In this document: positions 26,483 to 41,159 of the stretch, piece by piece | Layout: each line of letters begins with the position of its first letter | Numbering within the stretch: the first letter of the stretch is position 1 | Made by a program: the position numbers and the translations under genes | NCBI RefSeq assembly: GCF_006345805.1 | Contig: NC_042999.1 | Location: forward strand, 172,112,001 to 172,176,000 | Length of the DNA stretch: 64,000 nt | From: Octopus sinensis | Taxonomy: Eukaryota | Direction: 5' to 3' | The notes under the pieces: model-generated | What the model was told of the DNA's origin: nothing | Databases searched by the model: none | The model's input: only the letters and a program-made list of their open reading frames with translations

Positions 26483-27154
26483 CATAGGGGACGTTTAACA
26501 TGTGAGAATGATAAAAAACAGATTGATCCGAAATCTATGCAAAATCTTCGAGAATAAAGACAAGAAATAGAGCCTAAAATAAAAATGACGAAGTATTGTA
26601 CTCTATGTGACTAAGTACATATGATGATGATGATAGTAATGATGAGAATAATAATACGAAGAAGAAGAGATACATATATGTATGTAAGCACGTATGTGTG
26701 TTGTGTCACGGGAGGGTCATTCCTCCAGTAATGATAACATACGCACTGGTTGAATATCACTTGTTTTTTGGTAGTCAATTCGTTAAATAACTAACCAACT
26801 AGCTGATCGATCGTTTGTTTAATGAGCTAGTTAAAAATCAAGCACTTGTTTTCCAGTGTAGGTCCTATCTTCCCTATTTGCGACCTCTTCAATGAATGTC
26901 TCTCTCTCTCTACAAGGTCACTGGTCTAAGTCCGTGCGGGAAGTGGTCTTCTGTCTGTTTGTAGGTATGGCTATATGTGTCTATGCAGATCAGTAAGGGA
27001 AGTACAGGAATAAATGAGTAGTTTGTGCGTGTTTCTCATTGTGTGTGCGCGGGCATGTGTGTATGTGTGTGGTTGTGTGTACACCGGCCTGGTTATATAT
27101 ATGTCTGTGTGCGCATGTGTATGCGTGCGTGTGTGTGGGCGTGTATGTGTATGT

Positions 27155-27194
<40 letters not shown>

Positions 27195-28061
27195 TGTGTG
27201 TGTGTGTGTGTGCATTAGCCATCCATGACCTTAGCCATTAGCCATCCACGACCTCTTAGTCTCGGTTCTGCCGGGCTTCGCTTGTCATGCCATGAATATT
27301 TAAGGCTGTAGCTCCCTATGTAGAGGTTGGGAGAGTGGAAGGGGGAGGATTGAAATGGCATGGGGTGTACTTTTGTGTGTAGGTGCGCGTGTGAGTGTGT
27401 CGTAAAGTGCACTTGCCTGTGGTTGATTATCTTTTTTATGCGAATGTGCATGTACGTAAATGTCTGTGTGTGGGTGAGTGAGATTTGGCTTACGTGTGTG
27501 CATTCCAGTATGTTTATACGTGCATGCCGTGTGGTGGCTTTCTGAATAGGAAAGCGTCATTGCGTACGCTCGCGCTCATGCGTTCTACTGCGTGCATATG
27601 TGATTCTACGTACGTTTGTATGCGCGCATGTGTGGGCCTATGCCTGTGCATATTTGTGTGTGCATGCGTGATCGTTCGCATTTGCATATATAGCGTGGTG
27701 ACTATGAATGTCTGTAGATGTGTGTTGTTGTGTTCCTCACTGAGTATATATGATTATCTCTACGTGAATGTGTGTGCGTGCTTGTCTGCGTGCGAGCATA
27801 GCTGTGTGATTGTGCGTGGGAATATTTCATAGCTATATGTATTTATATTGATTTCCTTATATGTAGCTGTAATCCTACTACTACAGTGTCTCTACCTCTC
27901 TATAACTACATGCGTACATGTGCGCGCATGCACGCGTGCATAGGTGCGTGGATGTGTTTTGATATTGTACATATTTATATGCGTTTATTTGAAAGGAATT
28001 TCATGCATCCTGCTGTCGTTGTTATTCTACCTATTATATACCTGTCTATACAACCACAAAT

Positions 28062-28096
<35 letters not shown>

Positions 28097-28116
28097 ACAC
28101 ACACACACACACACAC

Positions 28117-28147
<31 letters not shown>

Positions 28148-28153
28148 CTATAT

Positions 28154-28208
<55 letters not shown>

Positions 28209-28224
28209 ATATATATATATATAT

Positions 28225-28367
28225 ACGGCGGTTTCCGTCTACCAAATCCACTCACAGGGTCTTGGTCGGCCCGAGGCTATAGTAGTAGACACTTGCCAAA
28301 GGTGCCACGCAGTGGGACTGAACCCGGAACCATGTGGTTGGTAAGCAAGCTACTTACACACAGCCTC
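28225..28367 (-). mobile_element. SINE family A head
   Basis: Reverse complement of ~7170-7310. Confidence 0.88.
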
Positions 28368-28865
28368 TTCTATTAGTTAGTTGAATTCTTTTTTCCGAAT
28401 ATCCAATCTTACCTAGACAGTCAGTTTGGTCTTTACTCACCAAACCAATTGCACTAATTATGATAGTTATAAATGTACATTCTTAATTTGGATAAAGGAG
28501 CTGGAGGTTTCGAAGCATTTCTCCATAGGTGTCCTCTTCCTCTTAGATAGAATTCAGCTGCCTTCATGATGTCTATGACGGGCCTTTCCCTTTTTAGGGT
28601 ACCGTTGTAGATTGTTTTGTGACAACGTCGCGTCGCGTAGGGACATAGTACCTTGAAGACATTTTGGGCAGTTGCTAAATCACACGTGGGATGATTGCAT
28701 AGAAATATTATATACCCTATATTTTCGTTTTCATCTTAAAATTCCAAGGGCCTCATTGTCTTTGATATTTAATAGGTATCTAGTTGCAAATGCATAACCT
28801 TGGAAGTTAGATATTATGTCTCAAGTATGTGTGTGCGTATGTATATTTGTATGTATGTATGTATG

Positions 28866-28896
<31 letters not shown>

Positions 28897-29579
28897 GTTT
28901 GTGTGTATGTATGGTATGTATGCATGTGTCTGTGTGTGTGTGTCTGTAGGTGTGCCAGCATGTATAATTTTCACTTAATTGTTGAATGCTATATGCTGTG
29001 GATTTCTTTCCACGGACTAACATCTTCTGAATTGATTTTTTTTTTCTTTTTTCAATCCTCTATCTCATACCATTAGCTCGCATATCATGCAATAATAATC
29101 AATGAATTCCGGTTCTCCAATCCGAAATATGTAATCGTAAAGCACGTACTTTACAATGTTCTCAGAATAAACTATGTCCTTATTGTTCCATCTAAACAAG
29201 ATTTGGAATAGAATATCTTATTTATAACAACTGATGCAATTTGTACATTTAAATGAAAAGTAGTCTTTGAGATACTAAACATTCTCAGTATAGATACTTT
29301 GGGTGAACTGATGTTAGCTGAGGTGGTATTGAAATGGTTGGAAAATGCCAATGCAGGATGAATATTCTTTGATATGAAAAGGGATTATTACAGTGTAAAT
29401 TGCTAGCATGTAGATGTATGCATGTTTGTCTACCTGTCAATCTGTTTCTGAATTATTCATTTCCAGTTGAGTCCACTTGAGTGTGTTTGAGATACTTTGA
29501 TCTGCGTTAATGATACAATTATATTTGTTGAAACTTAGCTAAATTTTCAGTGAATACCGGTGATATGAAAATAACTTAG

Positions 29580-29676
29580 ATGATAAAGAAGAAAAGTTTC
29601 GCATCCGTATTGCTACAGGGTCATCAAATATTGCCTCAGGAAGTTTCACCTTACAAATATCACCATTGGGAATTAC
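29580..29676 (+). CDS. Candidate host-gene exon, IRS/Dok-type PTB-domain-like
   Basis: cttAG | 97 nt | GTAAAT; phase 1 reading (D)DKEEKFRIRIATGSSNIASGSFTLQISPLGI(T) resembles the recalled Dok-7 PTB start RFHVTVAPGTKLESGPATLHL; acceptor pyrimidine tract is weak. Confidence 0.35.
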
Positions 29677-29983
29677 GTAAATTCCGCAGAGACAACGAAT
29701 ATATATACATACATTTATACACACACACTCACTCACACACACACACACACGCACACACACACATATATAAGGCATGAGGTGGGAATGATGACCTCCTTCG
29801 CAAATACTAATCGGACAATGTGTGTCGTTGGCCAGCTGGAGGAGATGTCCTCCTGGGGCTAAATACAACAATAACACCGTCCTTCATAGGACCGCTACAT
29901 GTAGTTGATAAATATATTTTACGATTCCGTACTGTTACTGATTATCTCTCGCTCATAGATTTAATATAACTTATCTCTCTCTT

Positions 29984-30022
<39 letters not shown>

Positions 30023-30025
30023 ATA

Positions 30026-31000
30026 ATCGGTTTCAACCAGAGGCTGTGGCCAAGATGGGACATCGATATCAACAATAATGCATGTTTATATTAGACTCAT
30101 ATCCAATCTTTTCTCTGGAACAGCTGCCCTGACAAAATTAATGAGTCGGACAAAAGCTGCCTTATTTTGCATCTTCTACAACACCTACAGATCAGTGAAA
30201 ATTTGCCAAAAGCTGTTGGACTCTAAACTGTAGCAATATTGAATTTCTTCTCTGGAGTGTGACGGTCGGATCTTGGGTGCTATGCTGAAGCTGCCAGTCT
30301 GCTGATCCTATAGATTTCAACCCAAAATTCGGTGTGAGGTTGTGTGTGTGTCTGTGTGTCTGTGCGTTTGCATGTATTAAATAACAAAATATATTTCACG
30401 TTATTTAGTCCCCAGGAATAATTCGTCTATTGTACTGAGGCAACACTCTTGATATAGTTGTGTTAGGTTGCCTCGAGCGCTGCTGTTGACTTGACGCTTT
30501 GTGGCTCCGGTAACTGGTTGTAGTAGTGCAGGTGACTGCACATGATATTCTTCATACGAACAATGCTCTTAGAATACAAATATTTCACTCACCTAAGCAT
30601 TATAGCCACCTTAGAAATATGAACACGTAAAGTTGAATCACAACTCATGTGAATTTCCAGGTCATACATCTACTGAAACTCTGGTTTTGCAATATCCTGT
30701 TCCTGTGTATATGATTGCAATCTATTTGTTGGTCGATTAAAGAGAGCTTAAATTTTCTCTGCTTTCAGCTGCATGTTATTTTCTTCAGCCACCTTTTGAG
30801 AAAGGTTGGCTTGTGTATTTGCATCATTAGTATAGTATTTGAGAATGACTGGTTGAGTGACAATGGCACCACGAGCATTAGTAAACCTAGTACAGTTCCC
30901 TTAGGCTCTCTAGTTATTGTTAAGGACTCATTTAGAGAGATTGCCATCTATATCTTATATAACGATGCAGCCATTACCCTATGTTTAAAAGTGGAAGTAT
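30026..31000 (-). mobile_element. Highly decayed CR1/L2-group LINE
   Basis: EPKGTVLGLLML at ~30870-30910; tail TGGCCACAGCCTCTGGTTGAAAC at ~30030-30052. Confidence 0.65.
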
Positions 31001-31282
31001 CTTTAATTTTCCTTTCTCTTCTTTTTCCGTTTATATTAGCCCTTCAAATCTTTACACAAATCAACTTCTAGTTTTGTCCTGTGATTCCTCATGTAACATC
31101 GTCCTCATTCGCAGATATAATAAGCCATGTGCTCTGGGCCCTGTGGGTTACTTGGAGACACAAGGCGTGTAATATAATCCTTCCTAGACACGTGCTTCCA
31201 AGGCAAGAAACTATTAGTAGCTCCTATCTTTATGATGCATTGAGTAATGTACGCATATACATAAATACACACACACACAGAA

Positions 31283-31508
31283 ATAGACAGATAGATAGAA
31301 AGAAAGATAGATAGATAGATAGACAGACAGATAGATAGAGAGATAGATAGACAGATAGATAGATATATATGTAGGTATGTATGTAGGTAGGTAGGTAGGT
31401 AGGTAGGTCGATATGTGGGTAGGTAGCTAAGTAGGTAGGTAGGTAGGTAGGTAGGTAGGTAGGTAGGTAGGTAGGTAAATAGATAGATAGGTAAGTAGAT
31501 AGATAGAT
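31283..31508. repeat. (TAGA)n/(TAGG)n microsatellites
   Basis: Seen directly. Confidence 0.95.
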
Positions 31509-31776
31509 AATTGAATTTAGTTGTAGCGGGCGGAGTCTAATGCATTGATGAATGCAGTTCTGTAAAGAATTAATTCCTGGTATTATACCACCTGATGTAA
31601 CATTATTATCAATACGAATAACAATAATAACGACCACATCACAACGGGATCAATAAAATAAATACATCAACATATATACGCCTATTCGACCAGTGGACCA
31701 TATAAACAGAAACACGATGCAACTTAAATATATAATCGGATAATTCACCATGCACCTATAAATATATATATGCGTG

Positions 31777-31815
<39 letters not shown>

Positions 31816-31852
31816 TATGTGTATATGAACGTGCATGTGTGTATATATGTGC

Positions 31853-31884
<32 letters not shown>

Positions 31885-32302
31885 GTATATATATATGTTT
31901 GCATACATATATGCATCTACATGCTTACATACGGTTGTATATACACACGAGAATTACAACGTGATGGTAATGTGATTTTTCTGTTTCCCTTTCTATTCCT
32001 GTTCTCTCAACCGATGAAAGAGATGAGAACAAAACCTTTAAGAATATCGAAACATCGATCACTTCACGTGCACAATCGTGTGGTTGCTTTTATATATTTA
32101 TTTATGTATATATATACATGTATATTTTGTAAGTTTACCGGTATATAGGCACTGTTCTGCGCATGCAGATGTATGCATATACATGTGTTTCATGCAATTG
32201 ATATGCGCTACTTCATCAAAAACACTCAGTGTGTTCGCTATAACGAGACACATGTTTTGCATCAGTGCGTATATATATACATATATAATATATTATATAT
32301 AT

Positions 32303-32357
<55 letters not shown>

Positions 32358-32579
32358 TCAAACATGCGTATGTGTGCGAAGTGTGTGTGTGTGTGAGCGA
32401 ATGTATCTCTATTCCTGAGAGTGTTTATATATATATATATATATGTCTGTATAAATACTTGTATATGTTTCTATGTGCTTACTGTTCATTATCAATGTTC
32501 TCACTACTACCAGACGGATTACCAAAAACAATTTGTGATTTATGCACACAGATTAACGATATGCAAAGAGAAGTGTTTT

Positions 32580-32582
32580 GTT

Positions 32583-32659
<77 letters not shown>

Positions 32660-32802
32660 AATTATCATCATCATCATCATCATTTTTATTCATATTGTAG
32701 TCATTGCTCCTGTTTTTATGAATTCATTTGTGAGTGACGATGATGATGATGATGGTGATGATGACGACCACTACGATGATGATGGTGGTGATGATGATGA
32801 TG

Positions 32803-32841
<39 letters not shown>

Positions 32842-32850
32842 TAATAATAT
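32580..32850. repeat. Compound (TTA)n/(TCA)n/(TGA)n/(TAA)n tracts
   Basis: Seen directly. Confidence 0.95.
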
Positions 32851-35522
32851 AAATAATGCAATTGCTATTATTGCTTATACACCGTTTTTTTTAGAAATTT
32901 ACTTTCTCTTTCCGTAGTGCTGAATCACACATGTTATATATTAGATTGTATATTATATATTATATATTGTATATTGTATCATATATTATTATTATATATA
33001 TATATTATATCTATTATAAATTAAATATTAGATTCGCAATTTTCTTCTGTATTCCTTAGTATTTATATTTTTTACAGTCCTACGTCATTATTACTTTATT
33101 CTTGTCACCATACTTTTCTTATTTCCTCTTCCTTTTATTCGTTCTCATTGATTTCCTTCTGGGCACAAAACAAAAGTCTATCATATCAGTGTGACGTCCA
33201 CTTCGCTTGGTTAGTTTAAATTCACAAGTTATTCATCCACACAATGACAATTGGGCATACTCAAAATACTTTTAATTTTTCTTTGTTTCGCGAACATTTT
33301 TCATTTGCCTAAACTTTTGTTGGCAATCATGTTTTTTGTATTATATTATATTTTTCTCGGCAATACAATATATCATATTCCAAACACATGCAGTCACGCA
33401 CATATAACGTACTTTCGCTCTCTTTTCTCCCTCTCACTAGAAATGTGTGTGCATGTTAGTGTGTGTATGTGATTGTGCGTGCATAAATATATGAACATAT
33501 TTGTGTGTGTATAGGTTTGTGTATATATATGTATATGTATACTTATATATACATACAGGTATATATATACATACATATATACACACACATACACTCATAT
33601 ATACTTACATATATACATATGCGTGTGTGTGTATTTATGCATATGTTTAAGTGTACTTGTAGATACATGTACACAAATATATTCATTTATCTGTAAATAT
33701 GCTTACTTAAATGTGTGTGTGTGTATGAATGTATGTATATATGTCTGAATGTTTGTATATATGTATGAGTGTTTGTATGTATGTCACGTTATTAATGGAA
33801 ATAAATGTCTTAGATATAAGGAATATTATTACTGCAACGTTTAACAAAGCTCTCGACGATACTGTAATATTTAATATCAGAGCGATATCATATCAGAATA
33901 TAGAAACATTTAAATAAAACAACACTTTGATTACAAAGCAAGAAATATTTACATATTCTCATTGTATTCTTTCACACGGCTAACCGTGTTTACAGCTTCC
34001 GTTATATATGCAATTCCTGCTCATAGATTATACAGCAAACCCCACGTGAACCATTTTAATCATTACGTATAATAAATATTTATTTCTCTTTGCAATACTA
34101 ATTTGTTCCTTCCAGTATCATAATTATAAAACATTGATTTTACAAGTGTTGATCAATTTCTTGAGTAAAGATCGCACTTGAGCATTAAAATGATTTTCGC
34201 ACATCTAGGATATTGTTATGACTTTAAGTAGCAGCAATATTAGTGTGAATAGCACCATTCCCTGAAGAAATCCATGTGCATGTATGATAGAGGATTTTAT
34301 GTACTATTTACCATAGAAAGAAGGATAAAGTTTCAAATATGCACCCTACAAGGCATCCGTGATAACGATACATGTCGCGTACTATGTTTTCCAAATGTCA
34401 CTTCCTTTCAGCAAATATATACACAAACACATACAAAGACATGCTAATACACAGGTCGTCTGCCACTGTCGTCTGCTGCTCTGTATACATAGACATGCTT
34501 TAATGCCAGACTACATACGGTGCATTTTTAAGTGTTTGCCTGTATTTTAATGGACAGCTGACAAAAGCTCAATTTTTCTAAGATGTAGGATTATGTTAAA
34601 ACTCTACATTTGTAACAGTAATGTGCTTTATTCAGTTGAAGCTATAAGTGTAAACAACTGTTTTGAACTGCAGTTGAGTGTTTTAGGAAAAGTTGTCTTG
34701 TATCAATATGTGGCAATGGGACAACAGTGAATTGTCCTGTCCAACTTCAACAACGTTAAGAGAGTCTACTTTCGATGTGTTTAGTCATAGAATATGACAG
34801 TGTAACTGAAAACTGGAGATGCCTTAAATGAATTGATATATTAAATGAGAATATATTGAATGGCAAGCAGAATTGATCTATTAAATGGGAAGTAGAATGA
34901 CCAAAAAGATTCCTTTTTGCACCTGCTGTAAACTATTATAATTGCATTACGTACTAGGGTTGTACCACTACTGATATTATTGATCCTGTTATATAGTAGC
35001 CAAATGTATATGTCGATTATGACATGAAAATTGTGAGAGAGGACAACTGGAGAGTGAGAGCACCGTCAACACAAGTACGGAATGAACTGACTTGCAGCAC
35101 ATGGATTGGAATGAAATGTTTTAAACAATGGCAGTTTAAAGACCAGCGGTGGTGTACGAGATAGCCAGCATCTCACATTTAAAAATTACTACTGGTTCTC
35201 ATAACTATTTTGTATTTTTAAATCTTATATCTATTCACTGGCAGCTGAACATTGTCTCAAAATGAAATAAATCAATCTCATGCTCCAATACAGAGAAATC
35301 TGTTTCATGTAGAACTGTTAAGTTTCCAGTAAGTTGAATTTTATTACCCCGTCTCCAAATGTGTGTTGCCTATGTACACATATACTCTAGTACATATGTT
35401 AATAGGAGTAGAATATTTGTATGCATACACGATATAAACGTTGAAGCGTTCAGTCATATATACATTCATACATACATGCATTCATACATGCATTCATACA
35501 TACATACATACATACATACATA

Positions 35523-35557
<35 letters not shown>

Positions 35558-35563
<6 letters not shown>

Positions 35564-35840
35564 GGGAATAAATCCAATTTTACAAGGAAAAAATCAGATT
35601 TAGGATTAAATCCAATTTTATAGTAAAATATTATATAATATTATTAGAGACAAAACCACTATTTTGCAAAACAAACAAGGAAAGACTTGAAAATTGGAAG
35701 TCCACCTGAAGATTGTCGATCAGGACAAGAAACAATTGTAGTGGCGTTTTTTTTGACTTTTTATTAAAATGTTATGTATTGATTAAGTCTTTCCTTGTTT
35801 GTTTTGCAAAATAGTGGTTTTGTCTCTAATAATATTATAT
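35558..35840. mobile_element. Penelope-type pLTR with inverted partial copy, family H1 copy 2
   Basis: Arms ~35634-35688 and ~35785-35839 are reverse complements; homologous to 1336-1710. Confidence 0.8.
35702..35744 (+). ncRNA. Intact minimal type I hammerhead ribozyme (H1 family)
   Basis: CCAC CUGAAGA UUGUC gaucag GACAA GAA AC aauu GU A^ GUGG. All core residues present; 4-bp stem I, 5-bp stem II, palindrome ACAAUUGU; predicted cut after 35740. Confidence 0.85.
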
Positions 35841-36059
35841 ATATATATAATATATATATATACACTCACAGCTGCAACTTAGAGACGCACACACTTACAC
35901 ACACATACACACATAAAATCACCAGCCCCTATCTACACGCACACTTACAAACTCTCACGTACATACACACGCACGAACTTTCGATTTGGATCACTAATAC
36001 TTTATTATCTCCCCTTCTTCATAGCTATCCTGTCTAACTACCTTTGTTCAGCCAGTCGC

Positions 36060-36252
36060 CATGATTGACCGCTAACTCCAAAAGTTGTTTTTTTTTGTTT
36101 ATTTTCCCTCTGTTTATTTCCTCGTGTTCCTTTCTGTTGAAGAGTGTAGGCTCGAAACGTAAAATATTTCCTCACCTTCCCGAGCGTCAAACGAATACCC
36201 CTGCTTGTTGTTTATACACCTGATTTCGTCTTTTGCTTTTCTTTAAATTTCT
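36060..36252 (+). mobile_element. Penelope-type repeat family H3 with hammerhead-like motif (36131-36164)
   Basis: UUU CUGUUGA A GAGU guag GCUC GAA ACGU A AAA; homologous to the 22293 and 57720 copies. Confidence 0.7.
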
Positions 36253-36255
36253 ACG

Positions 36256-36287
<32 letters not shown>

Positions 36288-36288
36288 G

Positions 36289-36319
<31 letters not shown>

Positions 36320-37281
36320 TTGTGTTTGTATGTGGAGAAAGATACATTTAGAAAGAGACAGAAACAGTGAGAGTGATAAAGAAGTTTTTGAATGCATGTA
36401 CTACATGTATAAATCTCCCGTCTAATGTATAATTAAACCGAATTAGTGTTTCTAAACAGTCTGCTTTTAAATCTTGAAACTACTTACTGTTCGGTTTCTT
36501 TGCGGTTATATAACAGTTATATTTCTTCTTTGCAATATGATTTATATACAATCAGTAAATCTATGGCAAAAATATCACCAAACAATTCGATTTACTAAAT
36601 GTATAATTACGTAATCGTTTTCGATAGGGTCCATATATAACTAAAGGTACTAGCTACCATATTAATCTATACCGTCTTAATCTGTTCAATAGCAGAGATA
36701 ATCCTTAATTCAGATTAGCACCCTCATTGGAAGTTATGCTCTCTTCTACATATGTCAGGATATATTCCACCTACTGCTAATGCGGAGACGTGTGGCATTT
36801 CCCACTGCATTAAATGCTATAGAAACCAAAACCACAATGCAATTTAATTCTATTACAACGAAAGCCTGCCTCGAAAAACATTTATTGTGGTTTATACATT
36901 TTTATCAATCAGCCATTCAAGAGCATGTAGAATATAAATTATATTTTTTGGCCATTACTCATACTACTTCCTATTTATAGGCTTATATATTTAGATCACT
37001 CACTGATATAACCATATGTTAAGTGCATGTGATTTTTTTATCGATAAACGACGTCTCACAGTTTATTTAAAAATATATATTGAAACTTATGAAAACAAAA
37101 ACAAATTGTTAGCAACTGCTAACAGGATACAGCAGAGTAATAAACCGTTCATGAAAGAAAAAGATACATGTCTGATTGTTCTAAATTAATATGTGAATGT
37201 GTGTGTGTGTGAACAATGTACAGCTATCGTAGGAGTACTTGTTGTTTTGTGTATGTATGTATATATATATATGTATGTATG

Positions 37282-37335
<54 letters not shown>

Positions 37336-37885
37336 CACGAACAAACACACACACATATATATATATATATGTGTGTGTATATATATATGATCGAATACAA
37401 TAGGGATCTTTATGTGCGATATAGCATATATACGTGTATATAATATATATATACGCGCACACATATTCATATTACATGTCCAAATATGTATGAATACAAT
37501 CGATATATGTGCGTGAATGTTGGGCATCCATCAGAATTGATCAAATAATCATGAATAAGTGTATATCCAACTGAAAACAAAAAAAATGAAAAATAGGAAG
37601 ATGGATACGTGTTTTTTGGTATGTGCGTGACATCACGCACCACAATTATGAAACATCATTGAGTTTTAGATATATGTATATATGTGCGCGAGAAAATTAT
37701 ATACTGATAAATATGCACAAACATATATACATACGTGTATGCGGGCCATAATATATACATATATATGTATATGTGTAAATGTGCATATATGTATTTTCTA
37801 CATATGATGTTTCTATATGTATGTATGAATGTATCTATGCATCAGTCTATATATGTATATACACACATACATATATGTGTGCGTG

Positions 37886-37934
<49 letters not shown>

Positions 37935-38422
37935 ATATATTGATGTATACATATATACACATACGCTTAAACATAGAGATGAGAAACAAAGCGAGAAGGC
38001 AATAAACACAGCTCGAGGCTCACCACTCTCCTACACGTATATGTCTACGGGTATGTCCAGGAATATTTGCATATTTCTGGCGTCCATGTGGAGAATGAAA
38101 CATTGTCCATGTGTATATAGTTAGTGAGGGATGTAGAATAAACGTGGAATAGGAACAAGCAAAATACTTGAAAAGTACTAGCAGCTAAAAAATCGAAGTT
38201 CGAAAAATATATACATTAGTAAATAAGTAAAATAAAAAAAAGGACAGAATGTAACACATCTTATTGGATAACAGCTTATGAAGCGCGAATTATCAAGTCT
38301 TGTTTTAAGTCTCACATGGGCTATGGTGGTAGGAAGCATGTTTCATTACAAAAATGATATAATATTGAAAATATCAAAAATACCAGTAATTACAGGTGCA
38401 CGCATGTGCCTTTTCGTGTGCG

Positions 38423-38489
<67 letters not shown>

Positions 38490-38524
38490 TAATATATATA
38501 TATATATGTCAGTATGTATGTGTA

Positions 38525-38755
38525 TATATAGAATCCGTTCAGCCTGTCTGTCTGTTCGCTTATATTTTTCATCCGATCGTGCTGAAATTTTAAACATGGA
38601 TACATGAGAGCGCGGGGCGTGCCGTAATCGAAACACATTTTCAAAATTTTTAGTTTCAAAGTGAGAATCGCTATTTTTGTAATCTTTTTGTCCTGTTTGT
38701 TCCACCATTAAAACCAACCAGTTGCTGAGACACCCGGCACATACCATTTCGCTAG
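38525..38755 (+). mobile_element. Possible non-autonomous Helitron-like element
   Basis: (CTGT)n near 5' end, CCGATC..TGAAATTT motif, GC-rich patch then CTAG at 3' end; terminal hairpin is poor. Confidence 0.35.
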
Positions 38756-39396
38756 CAACAAGGGGAGTACAGGATGACAAGCAACCAAAACCGTCGCTAT
38801 GCTGTTTCTCTTATGACGTCCAATTCCACTTGAAGTTGTATCTCTTTACTTGTTTTAATCATTTGATTGCGGCCAATGTGTCAAGATTCGTTATCCATCA
38901 ATTATCCTTATTTTGAAGAAATAGTTAAGAGTAACCACTACATACAATCACCAAACATCTGCACTACTTTACACTGTCCAAGTTAACCCTTTTCACCTTT
39001 ACATCTGACATGAAATACTACTAATTAAGCAAGAAAGAGAAAAGAAATATCGTAATTAAAACGCGTAATATTTTGGGCTTAATAATTTTAACCTTTACAG
39101 TTTCTCATTCAAACTACATAATAGGCAGAATTGTCGGATTAAGACAGTAGGGTGTTTTGAGGGAGATTTCTATGCTATTTCTACCAGGTCAAGCTACCAT
39201 GTAGAGGTCTCCCTCATTGGCTTATACATGGATATATACATAAATTACAAAAGCCAAGGTCCATGCATTCTCATGGTCCCTAAATATTTCCAACTTCTTG
39301 CCTAATGCGAGCCAAGAGCAATCTCAAATCTGTTACACTGTTTCAGTATTACGTCTCTATTGTAAGGTATGATACTGTCCTTTATACATACACGCA

Positions 39397-39450
39397 TATA
39401 CATACATACATACATACATACATACATACATACATACATACATACATACA

Positions 39451-39480
<30 letters not shown>
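39397..39480. repeat. (TACA)n microsatellite
   Basis: Seen directly. Confidence 0.97.
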
Positions 39481-39486
<6 letters not shown>

Positions 39487-39987
39487 TGCAGTCAAAGGTT
39501 TTTCTCAACAATATCAGACAATCTAACTCTGCAAATGACATCGTTTGGTGCATCTAAGAAGATAGATAAACACGTCGACATCAAAGTTCAAGGGCAAGTC
39601 TATTACCTCATTGGTTCCCTGTTACCCACAAATGAACAACCACAGTTCCTCCAAATGTAATTCATGAGTGATGTAGGACAACAAAGCCGAAGGAGGTGTC
39701 AACATTTCAGATGATGGGTCGTGCTAGACACAGCGCCGAGTGGACAGCTTTTCAGTACGTTCAAAAATCACATAAACCCCACCCACAGGTTAGGGCCTGA
39801 TATACGCAAAACGTACCCATATCATGTTCCTTAGTCGAATTAGCCAATCATTTACTCCACAAATGTTTTGTTGTCAATGCTGCACATTGTCATATCACCT
39901 GTTTCAAAATAACGGTAATGTATTATACACAAACTCTGCTACTCTCTCTCTTTCTTTCTCTCTCTTTCTTTCTCTCTCTCTCTCTCT

Positions 39988-40037
<50 letters not shown>

Positions 40038-40219
40038 TATATGTCGATAGATAGATAGACAGATAGATATATAGATAAATAGACAGGCAGATATATATGT
40101 ATGTATATATATATATTACATATATCATATAGATAGATAGATATAGATATATTATTGTATCTATTTACCGATCTATATATATGTGTGTGTGTGTGTGCGT
40201 GTGCGCGCGGGTGCTTGTA

Positions 40220-41085
40220 TTTCACCCCTTCCCTTCCTTCTCGAGATTTACTACCCACACTTAATAATCCCTCTCATCTGTACCACATGATTTATCTCTA
40301 CCTCCACCTGAGTGCTTTTCAAACCTATCTCCACACCTCCAAATTCTCACACATATTCCTTTCTTACCTTCTTATCTCTTGTTTTTATCCCTCCCACTAT
40401 TCCTTTTATTTATTCATAGATCTCCTCTCCCCACCCACTTATAATATCTTGATTAACATCTAGCACTCCTTTAGTTTTTCGTTGTTTCTTTTCCATTGTC
40501 CTTCCCTACCTGTACTGTAGCCGTTAAGAATGCCAATCCCCTAATTTCTTTGACCATTTCCACTCTCACCCATGCACATTTTTTCTTTATTCTAATATTC
40601 TTATCTATTCATTTCTCTCTTTATCTACTTCCCCTTACCAGTATAATTCTCAAAATTCATTTAGATTTCAAGATCCATTTGAATGAACAACAAACGGAAT
40701 TAACAACTGCATACTATACATTTGAAACAACAACATATGAATTCTCATTGGACCTAACATGTTATGGACAAGAAGCTTTTTACCCATTCCACATAACACA
40801 TTTCTTGGTTAACGAACAGCAACTTTAACATCCAACATATATATTTTTTTTCATACATTCCTTTTATACTTTATGCATTAAATCTAATTTCTTGTATATC
40901 TCTCCCTCTCCAGTATAACTTCTAAAAAATTAACCTTACTAATTCCGTCTATTGAAGCCCATTTAACTCGTCTCTGATGATGAGATATAATTTATTTCCC
41001 TGAAACAGATTTGAGGCCACCATTCTATTTCTAAATGTCCTAAGAATATCAAATTGCCTTGTCCTTGCTATCTAATTTTCTTTAA
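40220..41085 (+). mobile_element. Probable Penelope-type repeat with degenerate hammerhead (40970-41017)
   Basis: GUCU CUGAUGA [imperfect stem II] GAAAC agau UUG AGGC; cleavage triplet lost. Confidence 0.45.
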
Positions 41086-41159
41086 CATGTACACGCTCAC
41101 ACACGACCTATCTTAAACTCCTCACTCATGCCATTATTGAACCGGGAGCTTAACAGCGG

